Shown here piece after piece: positions 13,474-23,391 of a stretch of DNA of 64,000 nucleotides. The stretch's first letter is position 1, and every line of letters starts with the position of its first letter. The notes under the pieces were generated by a model. It saw only the letters and a list, made by a program, of their open reading frames with translations, searched no databases and was not told the origin of the DNA. The stretch is taken from positions 62,001-126,000 of the IMG/VR virus record IMGVR_UViG_3300042544_001590; one strand, written 5' to 3'. Made by a program: the position numbers and the translations under genes.

Positions 13474-14574
13474 TTAACTTACTCTAGATTTTGCATCATC
13501 AATTTCAGAACCCATTTTAGGTAGTGTAAAGTGTTCTTTACCTATTTCATAACCACCATACGGATCAATTCCCTGTTTTTTAATATTATTCAAAAATTCT
13601 TTATATTCGGGATTTGTATTGGTGGCATTGGTATATGTAGGCATTACCGCAACTCTACCATCGACCATATTAAATTGTATTTGACCTCCCATAAATATAG
13701 TCTTTGCTGCTGCCAATTGAACCCAATCATCCCACAATCTTTGTGAATACGCAGATTTTGTCACCACTCCAATAGCCTTGACAAAATCTATATAATCTTT
13801 TATAATTTGTTCACCCTTTGGTGATAGATTGTTGGTTTTAACCCCCTTTTCCGTTTTGAATGTTGGGGATTCTATCTGTTTTCCGCTGGTATCGGTAATT
13901 GATATGGGAAATCCATATATATCAGCATTGATATTATCAATACATCCCAATTTACCTGATAATAATTGAACTGAAAATGCAGCTTTAACTGTGGATGCAC
14001 CACTAAAATTTTTGATTAAAAATTTATATAATTCAAATTCATTATCGATAAGTCCTTTATTATAAATATTATCATATAAAAAATTTCTATTTTTCCAAAG
14101 ACTTTTTATATACCCCGATGCACCTTTGTAAAACCAATCCTTAACAGATTGTTTGATTCCGTTCAACCCTATAATATAGTCCACTGGTATATCTTTACCG
14201 TCAGTCTCCTTCACATATGCCACATAAACGGGAAACAAATTTCTAAATTTAGGCCAGCTAGTTCCAACAGTTCCAACCACCAAACTCAATACAAAAAACA
14301 TATTTTCTGCACTTTCACTCGCAAATTTATTAATAGCTGGGTTGTAATCGCAAAAAGATGATTTAGCATTCATCAAATCAGATTGATTTATTATGATAGT
14401 ATTTTCCTCCCCTTTATCGGTTCCCCGCTTATTAGGAATTATTACATCAATACCACCAATATTTGTTATAGTGTGGTTGGGATTTTTTTCAGCGGCAATT
14501 TTGGGGTCAAACGCCTCAATTAAAATTTTATATTTTGTATTTCGCATTTGGAAATATTCATAGAAACTGATCAT
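13474..14574 (-). CDS. putative HhH-type DNA glycosylase-like protein, possible internal head protein
   Basis: GASTVKAAFSVQLLSGKLGCIDNIN resembles a helix-hairpin-helix followed by a catalytic Asp; late promoter; MISFYEYFQ N-terminus. Confidence 0.5.
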   Translation of the reverse strand: MISFYEYFQMRNTKYKILIEAFDPKIAAEKNPNHTITNIGGIDVIIPNKRGTDKGEENTIIINQSDLMNAKSSFCDYNPAINKFASESAENMFFVLSLVVGTVGTSWPKFRNLFPVYVAYVKETDGKDIPVDYIIGLNGIKQSVKDWFYKGASGYIKSLWKNRNFLYDNIYNKGLIDNEFELYKFLIKNFSGASTVKAAFSVQLLSGKLGCIDNINADIYGFPISITDTSGKQIESPTFKTEKGVKTNNLSPKGEQIIKDYIDFVKAIGVVTKSAYSQRLWDDWVQLAAAKTIFMGGQIQFNMVDGRVAVMPTYTNATNTNPEYKEFLNNIKKQGIDPYGGYEIGKEHFTLPKMGSEIDDAKSRVS

Positions 14575-14606
14575 GGTATTATTTAGTATATTAATTAAAT
14601 ATAGAT

Positions 14607-16133
14607 ATGATCAGATTTCATAAATTATATCGCCAACTCATGCGGGAATACGTGGAGGATTTCGATGAAAAGTGGGAAAAGGCTGTTTCTGAATCGGAAG
14701 AACTTCAGGTTGCTTTGGATTTGATGAAGAATATCAAGGCGAAATTACAAGGAGAAATCTATATCGTTGGGGGGGTTCCCCGCGATCTTCTCATGGGCAA
14801 TACCATTGATGATGTGGATTTGGCTACCAACATTCCCGTGGAGGAATTGGAGAAACATTTTGAATTGAGAAACATTTCCAAGAACGATTCCCAACCCGTC
14901 TATGCCATTCTCTGGAAAGGTTATGTTTATGATCTGGCAAAATTCCGCACCGATTCTGGTGATATCGGGAGACAATCCAACGTATCAACTGAAACCGATT
15001 CATTTGAAAAGGATTCTGAGCGAAGAGATTTAACGATAAATTCTTTTGGTCTGGATGAAGAGGGTAAGATCGTGGATTATCAGGGTGGTCTGGAAGATTT
15101 GAAGAACAAGATCGTTCGTGCCGTGGGAGATGCCAAACAAAGATTTCTGGAAGACGCTACGAGAATCCTCCGTGTCTTTCGATTTGCTGCCAAGATGGAT
15201 TTTGAAATTGAGGATAATACCAAGAGGGCAGCAATTGAATTGAAACATCTCCTCCAAGACCCCAAGGCAATTTCCCAAGAAAGCATTTCCAAGGAATTTT
15301 TCAAGGCAGCAAAAACGGGACAAACGCTTGCAAATTTCCTGAAGAAATTACAGGACACGAAAATCCTCCATGACATCCTTCCCGAATTTACCACGATGGA
15401 AGGATTTGATCATGATCCCCAACACCACCCCGAAGGGGATTCCCAAGTTCTGGGTCACATCTACGAATGTCTAAAGGCATCCCCATACAAAGACCCTGTG
15501 ATCAATCTAGCTGTGCTTTTCCATGACTTCGGCAAAGCCACAACCAGAGGAAAGAAAGACAATGGTTTTAGCAATTATCATGGACACGAATCGGCGGGAG
15601 TTCCCATTGTAGAGGAAATCTTCAAACGCTTGCGCTTTGCTGAATTATCCCCCCAAGATAAAAAGAACATATTGGCGGCAGTTGATAAACACATGCTTGT
15701 CCATAATCTGGATAAGTTAAACATCAAGACTCTCACCAAGCTGATTCAGAACTCATCATGGGAAACCATCAAAGCGGTGGGCTATTGCGATGAAGCGTCC
15801 CGTGGTTCCGGTCTTTTCAACAAACAGGAATTTTGGGAGAAGATCAAAAGGGCGGAAGAAAAGGTTTCCAATATCGGGGGATCGGAAGATGAAACCAGAA
15901 AACGCCTGAAACAATATTTCAGTGGGGATAAATTGATGCAATGGTTTCCAATTCTCGTCAAGGATAAATCCAAATTCAAGGATATCACAGCAGCCTTACA
16001 GGAATATGTTTTAGAGGAATTGAATGCTGGGCGTGAGCCGAATGAAGAGGAAATGAAAACAATCGCTTCGGGCATTTTAAAGGGGAACCAATTCAATGAA
16101 TGGTTTTCCCACTATTCAAAGTTCGTGCTGTAA
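14607..16133 (+). CDS. cca: CCA-adding tRNA nucleotidyltransferase with HD domain
   Basis: VGGVPRDLLMG, DVDLAT, RRDLTINS, EDATRILRVFRF, LFHDFGK, HESAG. Confidence 0.93.
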   Translation: MIRFHKLYRQLMREYVEDFDEKWEKAVSESEELQVALDLMKNIKAKLQGEIYIVGGVPRDLLMGNTIDDVDLATNIPVEELEKHFELRNISKNDSQPVYAILWKGYVYDLAKFRTDSGDIGRQSNVSTETDSFEKDSERRDLTINSFGLDEEGKIVDYQGGLEDLKNKIVRAVGDAKQRFLEDATRILRVFRFAAKMDFEIEDNTKRAAIELKHLLQDPKAISQESISKEFFKAAKTGQTLANFLKKLQDTKILHDILPEFTTMEGFDHDPQHHPEGDSQVLGHIYECLKASPYKDPVINLAVLFHDFGKATTRGKKDNGFSNYHGHESAGVPIVEEIFKRLRFAELSPQDKKNILAAVDKHMLVHNLDKLNIKTLTKLIQNSSWETIKAVGYCDEASRGSGLFNKQEFWEKIKRAEEKVSNIGGSEDETRKRLKQYFSGDKLMQWFPILVKDKSKFKDITAALQEYVLEELNAGREPNEEEMKTIASGILKGNQFNEWFSHYSKFVL

Positions 16134-16445
16134 CGGTTGATCGGATGTGACGCGGTGTTTCTTACCCTCATCATCCAGATATTTGTCAAGCACCATGGTC
16201 AGGTAGTCCGCAAACCAACAGATCACGGAAGCGTAGAATCCCCAAAGTGGAATCTCCCAAATGTGGGCAGACCAGAACGATCCAAAGAACATCCCCACCC
16301 AAAATCCCATGCACATGCAGCATTTGAGAAGCTTTTCGAAGAACCCCCAATGTCTGAGATAGACACGGATAGGCTCAAGGATTGATCCGTATTTCAGGAT
16401 CAAGCAACAGCCGATTAAAACGAATGATTGAAACCAGAGGCTCAT
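16116..16445 (-). CDS. membrane protein, DUF1360-like
   Basis: Hydrophobic segments with CCMCMGFWVG. Confidence 0.6.
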   Translation of the reverse strand: MSLWFQSFVLIGCCLILKYGSILEPIRVYLRHWGFFEKLLKCCMCMGFWVGMFFGSFWSAHIWEIPLWGFYASVICWFADYLTMVLDKYLDDEGKKHRVTSDQPLQHEL

Positions 16446-16651
16446 CCAAGGAGTAATTCCTTTTTCTCCTGTTGTTCGGCAATTACCTTAACACCATCGG
16501 AAAGTTCAAGTGCTTCTTCTTTTGTCATGGTGACTTTTTTCCCGAAATCATCAAGAATTTCCACCATGCCATTACCAACATCCGTAACAACTGGACACTT
16601 TTTTCCTTTGCAACATAATTGAACACTATTATTTGACAATACTTTAATCAT
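16442..16651 (-). CDS. small hypothetical protein
   Basis: ORF track; 4-nt overlap. Confidence 0.7.
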   Translation of the reverse strand: MIKVLSNNSVQLCCKGKKCPVVTDVGNGMVEILDDFGKKVTMTKEEALELSDGVKVIAEQQEKKELLLG

Positions 16652-16662
16652 AACTTTATTAC

Positions 16663-17037
16663 TTATTCAAACAATTCCTCAATTCTACTCTTTTCTCTTG
16701 GAATATGGACATGAACTTTCAAACCTTTTTCTTTGGCGTATTTGATCATATGTGCAGTTCCTCTGCTTGAACCATCCCAGACTGCTACCAGAGCGTCCGC
16801 ATAGTCGCCCATTTGACAGTTTCTCAAAGTCCCCGCCTTACGCCCCAGATTATCCCAATCGGCGGGAAATTCCTTGATCGGAACATCATTCTCCTTTGCC
16901 CATTGTTCTCCCATGGTATCCACACCACGGGCTTTCCCTGATACGATTTCCGTAGGTGTCCATGAACAGGTTTCCATAGCTTTAAGCACATCATCGTAAT
17001 GGATACCTTCGCGGCTCCCAGCCACTATCGTTCTCAT
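16663..17037 (-). CDS. SLOG-family (YspA/DUF2493-like) protein
   Basis: IVAGSRE, VSGKARGVDT, AGTLRNCQM, WDGSSRGTAHMI. Confidence 0.82.
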   Translation of the reverse strand: MRTIVAGSREGIHYDDVLKAMETCSWTPTEIVSGKARGVDTMGEQWAKENDVPIKEFPADWDNLGRKAGTLRNCQMGDYADALVAVWDGSSRGTAHMIKYAKEKGLKVHVHIPREKSRIEELFE

Positions 17038-17038
17038 A

Positions 17039-17683
17039 TCAATATCCCCAAGCCTTCAGAGTATGTTCAAACGGATTTCCTTCAAGGTTTTTAACCAATT
17101 CAAGCATTTGTTGTGCGATTTCCCGAGTTTCTTGCTGAGTGTCGCTTTTCAGTCGCAATTCCCACATATGAATGAATGCCAACAGTGATCCAGTCCAGAT
17201 GAATTGTGTCTCCAAGCAAAGCGGGAGTATGACTCTGGCTTGCTCTTTGGCAACACCAGCATCACACAATTCCACATACAATTTCTTTCCCCATTCAATA
17301 TGATCATCCATTTTATCAATCAAATCGGGTCTGTCCAATAGACCATCACTCCCTTGTTTAGATGAAGATGATTGCTTTCTAAGCTCCTTGATATGATAAT
17401 AATTATCGGAAAAATCTACATATCTCCCACTAATACTATTGGCTGATAAGCCAACCTGATGTTTGAAAAGCTGTCGTTCCACAAAGATAGGACATTCAAT
17501 TCTGAATTGTAATTGGGGATGTCTAAACGGTGCGGTGTGTTTATGCTCCACTAAATACTTGATCAGCTTTTCATCTTTCTCATCCAAAATATCTTTATTT
17601 TTCCCAAAAGAAACTCTAGCTGCATTGACGATCATTAAATCGTCCCCAAAGTGTGAAATAAGTTCTGCTTTCATTTTCATCAA
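17039..17683 (-). CDS. thyX: flavin-dependent thymidylate synthase
   Basis: IVNAARVSF, HTAPFRH, RQLFKHQ...SISGRY, EQARVILP, TQQETREIA; promoter geometry favours a start at 17674. Confidence 0.93.
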   Translation of the reverse strand: MMKMKAELISHFGDDLMIVNAARVSFGKNKDILDEKDEKLIKYLVEHKHTAPFRHPQLQFRIECPIFVERQLFKHQVGLSANSISGRYVDFSDNYYHIKELRKQSSSSKQGSDGLLDRPDLIDKMDDHIEWGKKLYVELCDAGVAKEQARVILPLCLETQFIWTGSLLAFIHMWELRLKSDTQQETREIAQQMLELVKNLEGNPFEHTLKAWGY

Positions 17684-17721
17684 TATAACAAAATATTCCT
17701 CAATGTCAACTAAATATTATT

Positions 17722-18129
17722 GTGACCACCGTTAATAAAAACACCTTTCCTGACACAATATATCTTAAAGATTTGGGTATCCATAAAGGGACTCGAAAAT
17801 TTGAGTTGGGGGAGAATTTTCGTTGTTTTTATAATAATCATTTGATCACCGTTAAAAAAGGATTCATCACGGATGGTATCAGTTCCCCGAAATTCGCTTG
17901 GCCTATTGTCGGCCCATTCGGAGGAGCATTTCCAGCAGCATTGGTGCATGATTGGTGTTTCTCCCCCTTCAACCACAAATTCACTTGGAAGGAATCCAAT
18001 TGGATGTTTTTAGAATTAATGAAAGAAGCTGGAGTGTCCCTTCCCATGAGATGGACGATCTATTCCGCCGTCGTTGCTGGGTCTTACCCAATTTGGAAAA
18101 AGAGATTTGAAAAATACGGTTTGGACTAA
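17722..18129 (+). CDS. DUF1353-family protein
   Basis: GFITDGISSP...AALVHDWC. Confidence 0.75.
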   Translation: MTTVNKNTFPDTIYLKDLGIHKGTRKFELGENFRCFYNNHLITVKKGFITDGISSPKFAWPIVGPFGGAFPAALVHDWCFSPFNHKFTWKESNWMFLELMKEAGVSLPMRWTIYSAVVAGSYPIWKKRFEKYGLD

Positions 18130-18137
18130 GTATTTTT

Positions 18138-18713
18138 ATGAATAGCGACGAAATTAAAAAAATGCAGAAAAAAATCGGTGTTGTAGCTGATGGATTTTGG
18201 GGGCCGAAGTCACAAGCAGCTTGTAAAGCATATCTTCGTTCTTTGATGCCTAAAAACAATCCATGGCCAAAAAGTGATCAAGCATCCCTAACTAAATTTT
18301 ACGGAAAACCCGGAGATGAATCAAATCTTGTAATGATCAACTTCCCATATCCCATGTATTATAGTGGTAAATTGGTTACTAAAACTCGCGTCAATAAAAA
18401 ATGCGCGGATTCTTTGGTGAGAGTGCTTAACAATATTAAAAATATAATCCCAAAGTATCCACATATTAAAGACGATGCAGAAGACTACTATGGTGTTTTC
18501 AACTTCCGCTTGAAGCGTGGTGGCTCTTCATATTCGCTACACGCCTATGGTGCCGCCATTGATTTGGATGCAGATGATAATACTTTCCGTGATAGTTGGC
18601 CAATGAAAGCCGACATGCCATTGGAGATTATGGAAGAATTTGCAAAGGAAGGATGGATTGCCGCTGGAGTTTTTTGGGGATATGACGCACAGCATTTTCA
18701 GGCTACGAAATAA
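18138..18713 (+). CDS. M15-family peptidase endolysin
   Basis: N-terminal peptidoglycan-binding-like ADGFWGP; FNFRLKRGGSSYSLHAYGAAIDL; DAQHFQ. Confidence 0.85.
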   Translation: MNSDEIKKMQKKIGVVADGFWGPKSQAACKAYLRSLMPKNNPWPKSDQASLTKFYGKPGDESNLVMINFPYPMYYSGKLVTKTRVNKKCADSLVRVLNNIKNIIPKYPHIKDDAEDYYGVFNFRLKRGGSSYSLHAYGAAIDLDADDNTFRDSWPMKADMPLEIMEEFAKEGWIAAGVFWGYDAQHFQATK

Positions 18714-19388
18714 TTAATCTTTGGGATACCAATTAATATCAGGGTCTAATACGCTATCAACACGCAACCCTTCAGCGTATTCATCAACCCAATCAGTTCT
18801 AGTCATACACCCATCCTCATCATCGTTATCCCAACGGTGAGGTGGTTTGAATTTACCATTCATCGGAGTAATCCACATGTAGAAAGGGCTTTTACTCACT
18901 CTTTCCACTATCGCTGGTTCTCCATTATATTCAATCTTTCTACCAATAAGTTCTTCTCGCCAAAATCTGGAATGAAAATTGATTGGTCCTTCCACAAATT
19001 CAATTAAAGATGCTTTGGCTTTGTGATAGGCATAATCCTCTGATCCTCCAAATTCGAAAAAGGGAACACCGTTTCTACTAATCACAGTATTACAAGTAAA
19101 TCTGACACTGGTTTCATCCCATTTTGTTTTTGTCCACGCCTTTTTAGTCTGTGAAATCTCCCAATTTGGAGCATTTCCTCTTACTCCGTGGCAATTAATA
19201 ACTTCAATATCCAAATCATCTGGAATATAATAATCTTTAACCCTTTCGTAATTATCCTTGATCTCATAGCAAGCGTAGTCCTCATCATTGTAGCCATTAT
19301 ATCTCACAACCTGATATGGCTTTCCATATAATTCAAAATCCCAATCAACGTAACTCGTATCATATTCCATCAGTTCTCTGTATGTCAT
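18714..19388 (-). CDS. hypothetical protein
   Basis: ORF track; TTGACA-N16-TAAATT-N6-ATG promoter. Confidence 0.78.
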   Translation of the reverse strand: MTYRELMEYDTSYVDWDFELYGKPYQVVRYNGYNDEDYACYEIKDNYERVKDYYIPDDLDIEVINCHGVRGNAPNWEISQTKKAWTKTKWDETSVRFTCNTVISRNGVPFFEFGGSEDYAYHKAKASLIEFVEGPINFHSRFWREELIGRKIEYNGEPAIVERVSKSPFYMWITPMNGKFKPPHRWDNDDEDGCMTRTDWVDEYAEGLRVDSVLDPDINWYPKD

Positions 19389-19418
19389 AAAGATAATTTA
19401 CCAGAGAATTACAAGATG

Positions 19419-19670
19419 TCAACTATATCCAAGCTTTTTCAGAAACCGAAACACGGGATCAACGGCAACTTCCCCCAAATGTGCCAGATATTGGCGTTCA
19501 TCTTTCAGGGATTTCACCATAACTTTTCCATTTTTCTCCACATAACGGATAAATCCTTTTTTCACAGCATCGTCCAAAAGCTCAAACAAACGGCGAGTCT
19601 TGCCATGTTTGGCAATTTCCTCAATGATTTCCCCCACCATCTCTTCCAATAATTCCTGATCCTTGTTCAT
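19419..19670 (-). CDS. small hypothetical protein
   Basis: ORF track; MNKDQELLEEM N-terminus. Confidence 0.7.
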   Translation of the reverse strand: MNKDQELLEEMVGEIIEEIAKHGKTRRLFELLDDAVKKGFIRYVEKNGKVMVKSLKDERQYLAHLGEVAVDPVFRFLKKLGYS

Positions 19671-19972
19671 GTTAATTTTTCTTTTAATTTTCCAAATGCC
19701 AATCTCACGGCATTATTTATCGGAGAATCCCCCACATATTCCGATTCGATCTCTTGAATTAATTTAAGAATACCCACCGCTTCCTCTTCCTGTTCTCCAT
19801 AGACGTTGGTAGTCATTAGAGGGGGTGCCATCCCGATTGTCTGTTTATTATAAGATAATTTAGTCCCCGCTTCATCGGGAACCGTTTGTTTGGGAACCCT
19901 TTGAGGGGGGTTGAATCCCGATTGATATTCCAAAATAATATCGGAATAGATGTTTGTTAATTCTCTGTCCAC
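19667..19972 (-). CDS. hypothetical protein, possible internal head protein
   Basis: TAAATA-N5-GTG; N-terminus with IYSDIILE. Confidence 0.7.
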   Translation of the reverse strand: MDRELTNIYSDIILEYQSGFNPPQRVPKQTVPDEAGTKLSYNKQTIGMAPPLMTTNVYGEQEEEAVGILKLIQEIESEYVGDSPINNAVRLAFGKLKEKLT

Positions 19973-20018
19973 ATTATTATTTAGATTTACAAGCTAGATT
20001 TGTATGTTAAGTATAGAT

Positions 20019-20660
20019 ATGAAGTGGCGTTACCGAAACGAAGAAGAGAAGGAGAACACAAATGCATTTCAAATGCCTCAAATTATCATAAATTCTTCAG
20101 ACGGGGAAGAAACCCAATCTCCCCAAGGAATCCGCGTCATTAACAATAAAATTTTATTTTATGCGGATGTTGATGAGGGGGCAATGTTAGAACTCAACAG
20201 GGTTCTTCTGGAAACGGATTTGAAGCTCCAGAGTGTTGCCCTTGGTTTGGATGGTGGGTATGAGCCTATCATCAATCTTCATTTGAACACCTATGGGGGC
20301 AGTATCTTTGCAGCATTCTCCACGGTGGATACCATCCGTAGGCTAAAATCCAAGGTCTATACCCACATTGATGGTAGCGTAGCAAGTGCTGGAACTTTGG
20401 TTTCTGCCATTGGTCATAAGAGATATATGGGGCAACATGCCCATCTTCTGATTCATCAATTGAGTTCCGGTGTATATGGAAAGTTTTCTGAGATGGAGGA
20501 TGAGATTTTCAATTGCACAAATTTGATGAAACTTTTGAAAGATTTCTATAAAAAGAATACGAAGCTTCCCATGAAAAAATTGGACGAGCTTTTGAAGAGG
20601 GACATCTGGCTCAATGCGGAGGAATGCCTACAATACGGAATCGTTGATGAGATCATTTAA
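20019..20660 (+). CDS. clpP: ClpP-family protease proteolytic subunit
   Basis: NTYGGSI, VASAGT (Ser), LIHQ (His), RDIWLNAEE (Asp); TAAGTA-N5-ATG supports a start at 20019. Confidence 0.88.
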   Translation: MKWRYRNEEEKENTNAFQMPQIIINSSDGEETQSPQGIRVINNKILFYADVDEGAMLELNRVLLETDLKLQSVALGLDGGYEPIINLHLNTYGGSIFAAFSTVDTIRRLKSKVYTHIDGSVASAGTLVSAIGHKRYMGQHAHLLIHQLSSGVYGKFSEMEDEIFNCTNLMKLLKDFYKKNTKLPMKKLDELLKRDIWLNAEECLQYGIVDEII

Positions 20661-20759
20661 AGCTTGATTTTTGGAATCTCCGTGCCATTATTTAGCACAG
20701 CGAACAACCAAAATTCAAAACGATAATCAGCGAAAACGAGAGATAAATAATCAGGCAAT

Positions 20760-21734
20760 ATGAGCATTTTTGACGAACAGATAAGCAGGAAACCAAACAA
20801 ATACCCTTGGACAGAACAATTCATTGAAGCCATGCACAATGGCTTTTGGACTGATAAGGAGTTCTCTTTTAAGAGTGATCTACATCAGTTCAAGACTCAA
20901 CTCACGGATCAGGAGCGGGAAATCATCGTGAGAACATTATCCGCCATTGGACAGATTGAAGTTGCTGTAAAAACATTTTGGGCAAAGCTTGGGGATAATC
21001 TTCCCCATCCATCCCTATCTGATTTAGGTTTCGTCATGGCGAATGTTGAGGTGATTCATAATAATGCATATGAACGATTGTTAGATGTATTGGGGTTGAA
21101 TGATGTATTTGAAGAAAATCTCAAATTGGACTGGATTCAGGGAAGGGTTAAATATCTTAAAAAATATACCCATCGTTTCTACAAGGATTCCAAGAAACAA
21201 TATCTTTATGCTCTGATTCTTTTCACGTTGTTTGTTGAAAACGTATCCCTATTTTCTCAATTTTATATCATTAATTGGTTTGCTCGGTATAAAAACGTTC
21301 TCAAAGATACTGATCAACAGGTTCGATATACGAGAAATGAAGAACTGATACATGGGCTGGTTGGTGTCAAATTGATCAATACTATTAGAGAAGAGTTACC
21401 AGAATTATTTGATCAAGAATTGGAAGAAAAAATATATCAAGAAGCTGAACAAGCATTTATTTCAGAATCCAAGATTGTGGATTGGATGATTAACGGAATT
21501 GATGAAAAGGGGCTAACTGCTCCGATCCTCAAAGAATTTATTAAAAACAGGATCAATGAATCGTTGGTTCAAATTGGATTTAAGAAAATTTTTGATATTG
21601 ATGAGGATTTATTGGAAGAGACTTCGTGGTTTGATGAAGAATTATTGGGATCAAACGCCACAGATTTTTTCCACTCAAAGCCCGTAGAATACGCTAAAAA
21701 ATCACAAAATTACGACGAAGACGAATTATTTTAA
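20760..21734 (+). CDS. nrdB: ribonucleotide reductase class I beta subunit
   Basis: QIEV, EVIHNNAY, FVENVSLFSQF, RNEELIH, TDFF. Confidence 0.95.
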   Translation: MSIFDEQISRKPNKYPWTEQFIEAMHNGFWTDKEFSFKSDLHQFKTQLTDQEREIIVRTLSAIGQIEVAVKTFWAKLGDNLPHPSLSDLGFVMANVEVIHNNAYERLLDVLGLNDVFEENLKLDWIQGRVKYLKKYTHRFYKDSKKQYLYALILFTLFVENVSLFSQFYIINWFARYKNVLKDTDQQVRYTRNEELIHGLVGVKLINTIREELPELFDQELEEKIYQEAEQAFISESKIVDWMINGIDEKGLTAPILKEFIKNRINESLVQIGFKKIFDIDEDLLEETSWFDEELLGSNATDFFHSKPVEYAKKSQNYDEDELF

Positions 21735-21738
21735 TTAT

Positions 21739-23391
21739 ATGACAAGAGAAGACTATTACTGGTTGAACGAGGACTCCATCAAATTTTTGGAGAGAGGATA
21801 TCTAAAAGAAGGGCAAACCGCACTTGAAAGGATTGATGAGATTGCAAACACAGCGGAAAAGATATTGGGGATCAAAGGATTTTCCAAAAAATTTCAAGGT
21901 TATATGGCGAAAGGTTATTACAGCCTTGCCACTCCTGTTTGGATGAATTTTGGAAATAAGCGTGGAAATCCCATCTCCTGCTTTAATAGTTATGTTGGGG
22001 ATAGTATTGAAAATTTCCTAATCAAACAAGCTGAAGTTGGTATGATGACCAAAGTGGGGGGCGGAACCTCTGGATACTTTGGTGATATTCGTCCCCGTGG
22101 TTCCAAGATTTCCACTGGTGGTGTCGCGGAAGGTGCTGTTCGTTGCATGGAATTGTTTGACACTGTTACAAGTATTGTGAGTCAGGGTAGCGCACGTAGG
22201 GGAAGCTTTGCCGCATATCTTCCGATTGATCACGATGACTTTGATGAATTTATGAAAATCCGTTCGGAGGGACACCCGATCCAAGATATGTCAATTGGTA
22301 TTTGTGTATCCGATGAATGGATGAAATCCATGCTTGATGGAGATAAAGAAAAAAGACATAGGTGGGGGGCAGTTATTAAAAAGCGTAATGAGACAGGTTA
22401 TCCCTATGTGTTCTTCACCGACAACGCCAACAACCAAAAACCACAGGTTTACAAGGACAAAGGATATGATATCAAATCCAGTAATCTTTGCTCTGAAATC
22501 TTTCTCCCCTCATCTGCCGATGAATCGTTTGTGTGTTGTCTATCATCTCTAAACCTGCTTTGGTGGGAAGAGATTAAGGAGACGGATGCTGTTGAGACGA
22601 TGGTGATGTTTCTTGATGCTGTGATGAGTGAATTCATTGAGAAAAATGCTGATAGTATTTTGATGAAAGCTGCTTATAATTTCGCCAAGAACCATAGGGC
22701 ATTGGGAATGGGCGTTCTTGGATATCATAGCTATCTCCAATCTAAAATGATTGCATGGGAAAGTATGGATGCTCATTTTGAGAATCTTGAAATCTTTTCA
22801 GAGATTCGCAAACGTGCTGATAAAGCGACGGAAGAATTGGCTCAAATGTTTGGAGAGCCGGAAGTCCTAAAAGGTTATGGTCGTCGGAATACCACCACAT
22901 TAGCAGTTGCTCCGACAACAAGTTCAGCATTTATTCTTGGACAAGTTTCCCCATCCATTGAACCTCTCAATTCCAATTACTTCGTGAAGAATTTGGCTAA
23001 AGGTAAATTCACATATAAGAATCCCCATCTCATCGAATTGTTGAAATCGAAAGACAAAAATAGCAAGGATATTTGGAAAGATATTTTATCTCATGGTGGA
23101 AGTGTCCAACATTTGGATTTCCTGTCTCAAGAGGAAAAAGATATATTCAAAACGTTTGCTGAGATTTCCCAAAAAGAAATCATTGTTCAAGCAGCACAAC
23201 GTGGTAAATTTATTGATCAGGGGCAATCCCTAAATGTCATGATTCCAGCGGGAACCAAACCAAAGGACATCAATCAACTCATGATCTTCGCTTGGGAACA
23301 AGGGATTAAATCTCTCTATTACCAACGCTCATCAAATCCGAGTCAAGATTTGGCAAGATCAATTATGAATTGCAAGTCCTGTGAAGGTTAG
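21739..23391 (+). CDS. nrdA: ribonucleotide reductase class I alpha subunit (no ATP cone)
   Basis: ISCF, QGSARRG, SNLCSEI, VAPTTSS, DQGQSLN, KSLYY, C-terminal CKSCEG. Confidence 0.95.
   Translation: MTREDYYWLNEDSIKFLERGYLKEGQTALERIDEIANTAEKILGIKGFSKKFQGYMAKGYYSLATPVWMNFGNKRGNPISCFNSYVGDSIENFLIKQAEVGMMTKVGGGTSGYFGDIRPRGSKISTGGVAEGAVRCMELFDTVTSIVSQGSARRGSFAAYLPIDHDDFDEFMKIRSEGHPIQDMSIGICVSDEWMKSMLDGDKEKRHRWGAVIKKRNETGYPYVFFTDNANNQKPQVYKDKGYDIKSSNLCSEIFLPSSADESFVCCLSSLNLLWWEEIKETDAVETMVMFLDAVMSEFIEKNADSILMKAAYNFAKNHRALGMGVLGYHSYLQSKMIAWESMDAHFENLEIFSEIRKRADKATEELAQMFGEPEVLKGYGRRNTTTLAVAPTTSSAFILGQVSPSIEPLNSNYFVKNLAKGKFTYKNPHLIELLKSKDKNSKDIWKDILSHGGSVQHLDFLSQEEKDIFKTFAEISQKEIIVQAAQRGKFIDQGQSLNVMIPAGTKPKDINQLMIFAWEQGIKSLYYQRSSNPSQDLARSIMNCKSCEG

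Noticed and set aside
20760-23391. Introns or inteins in nrdA/nrdB
   Set aside because: Both ORFs are continuous and of compact normal length with all key motifs
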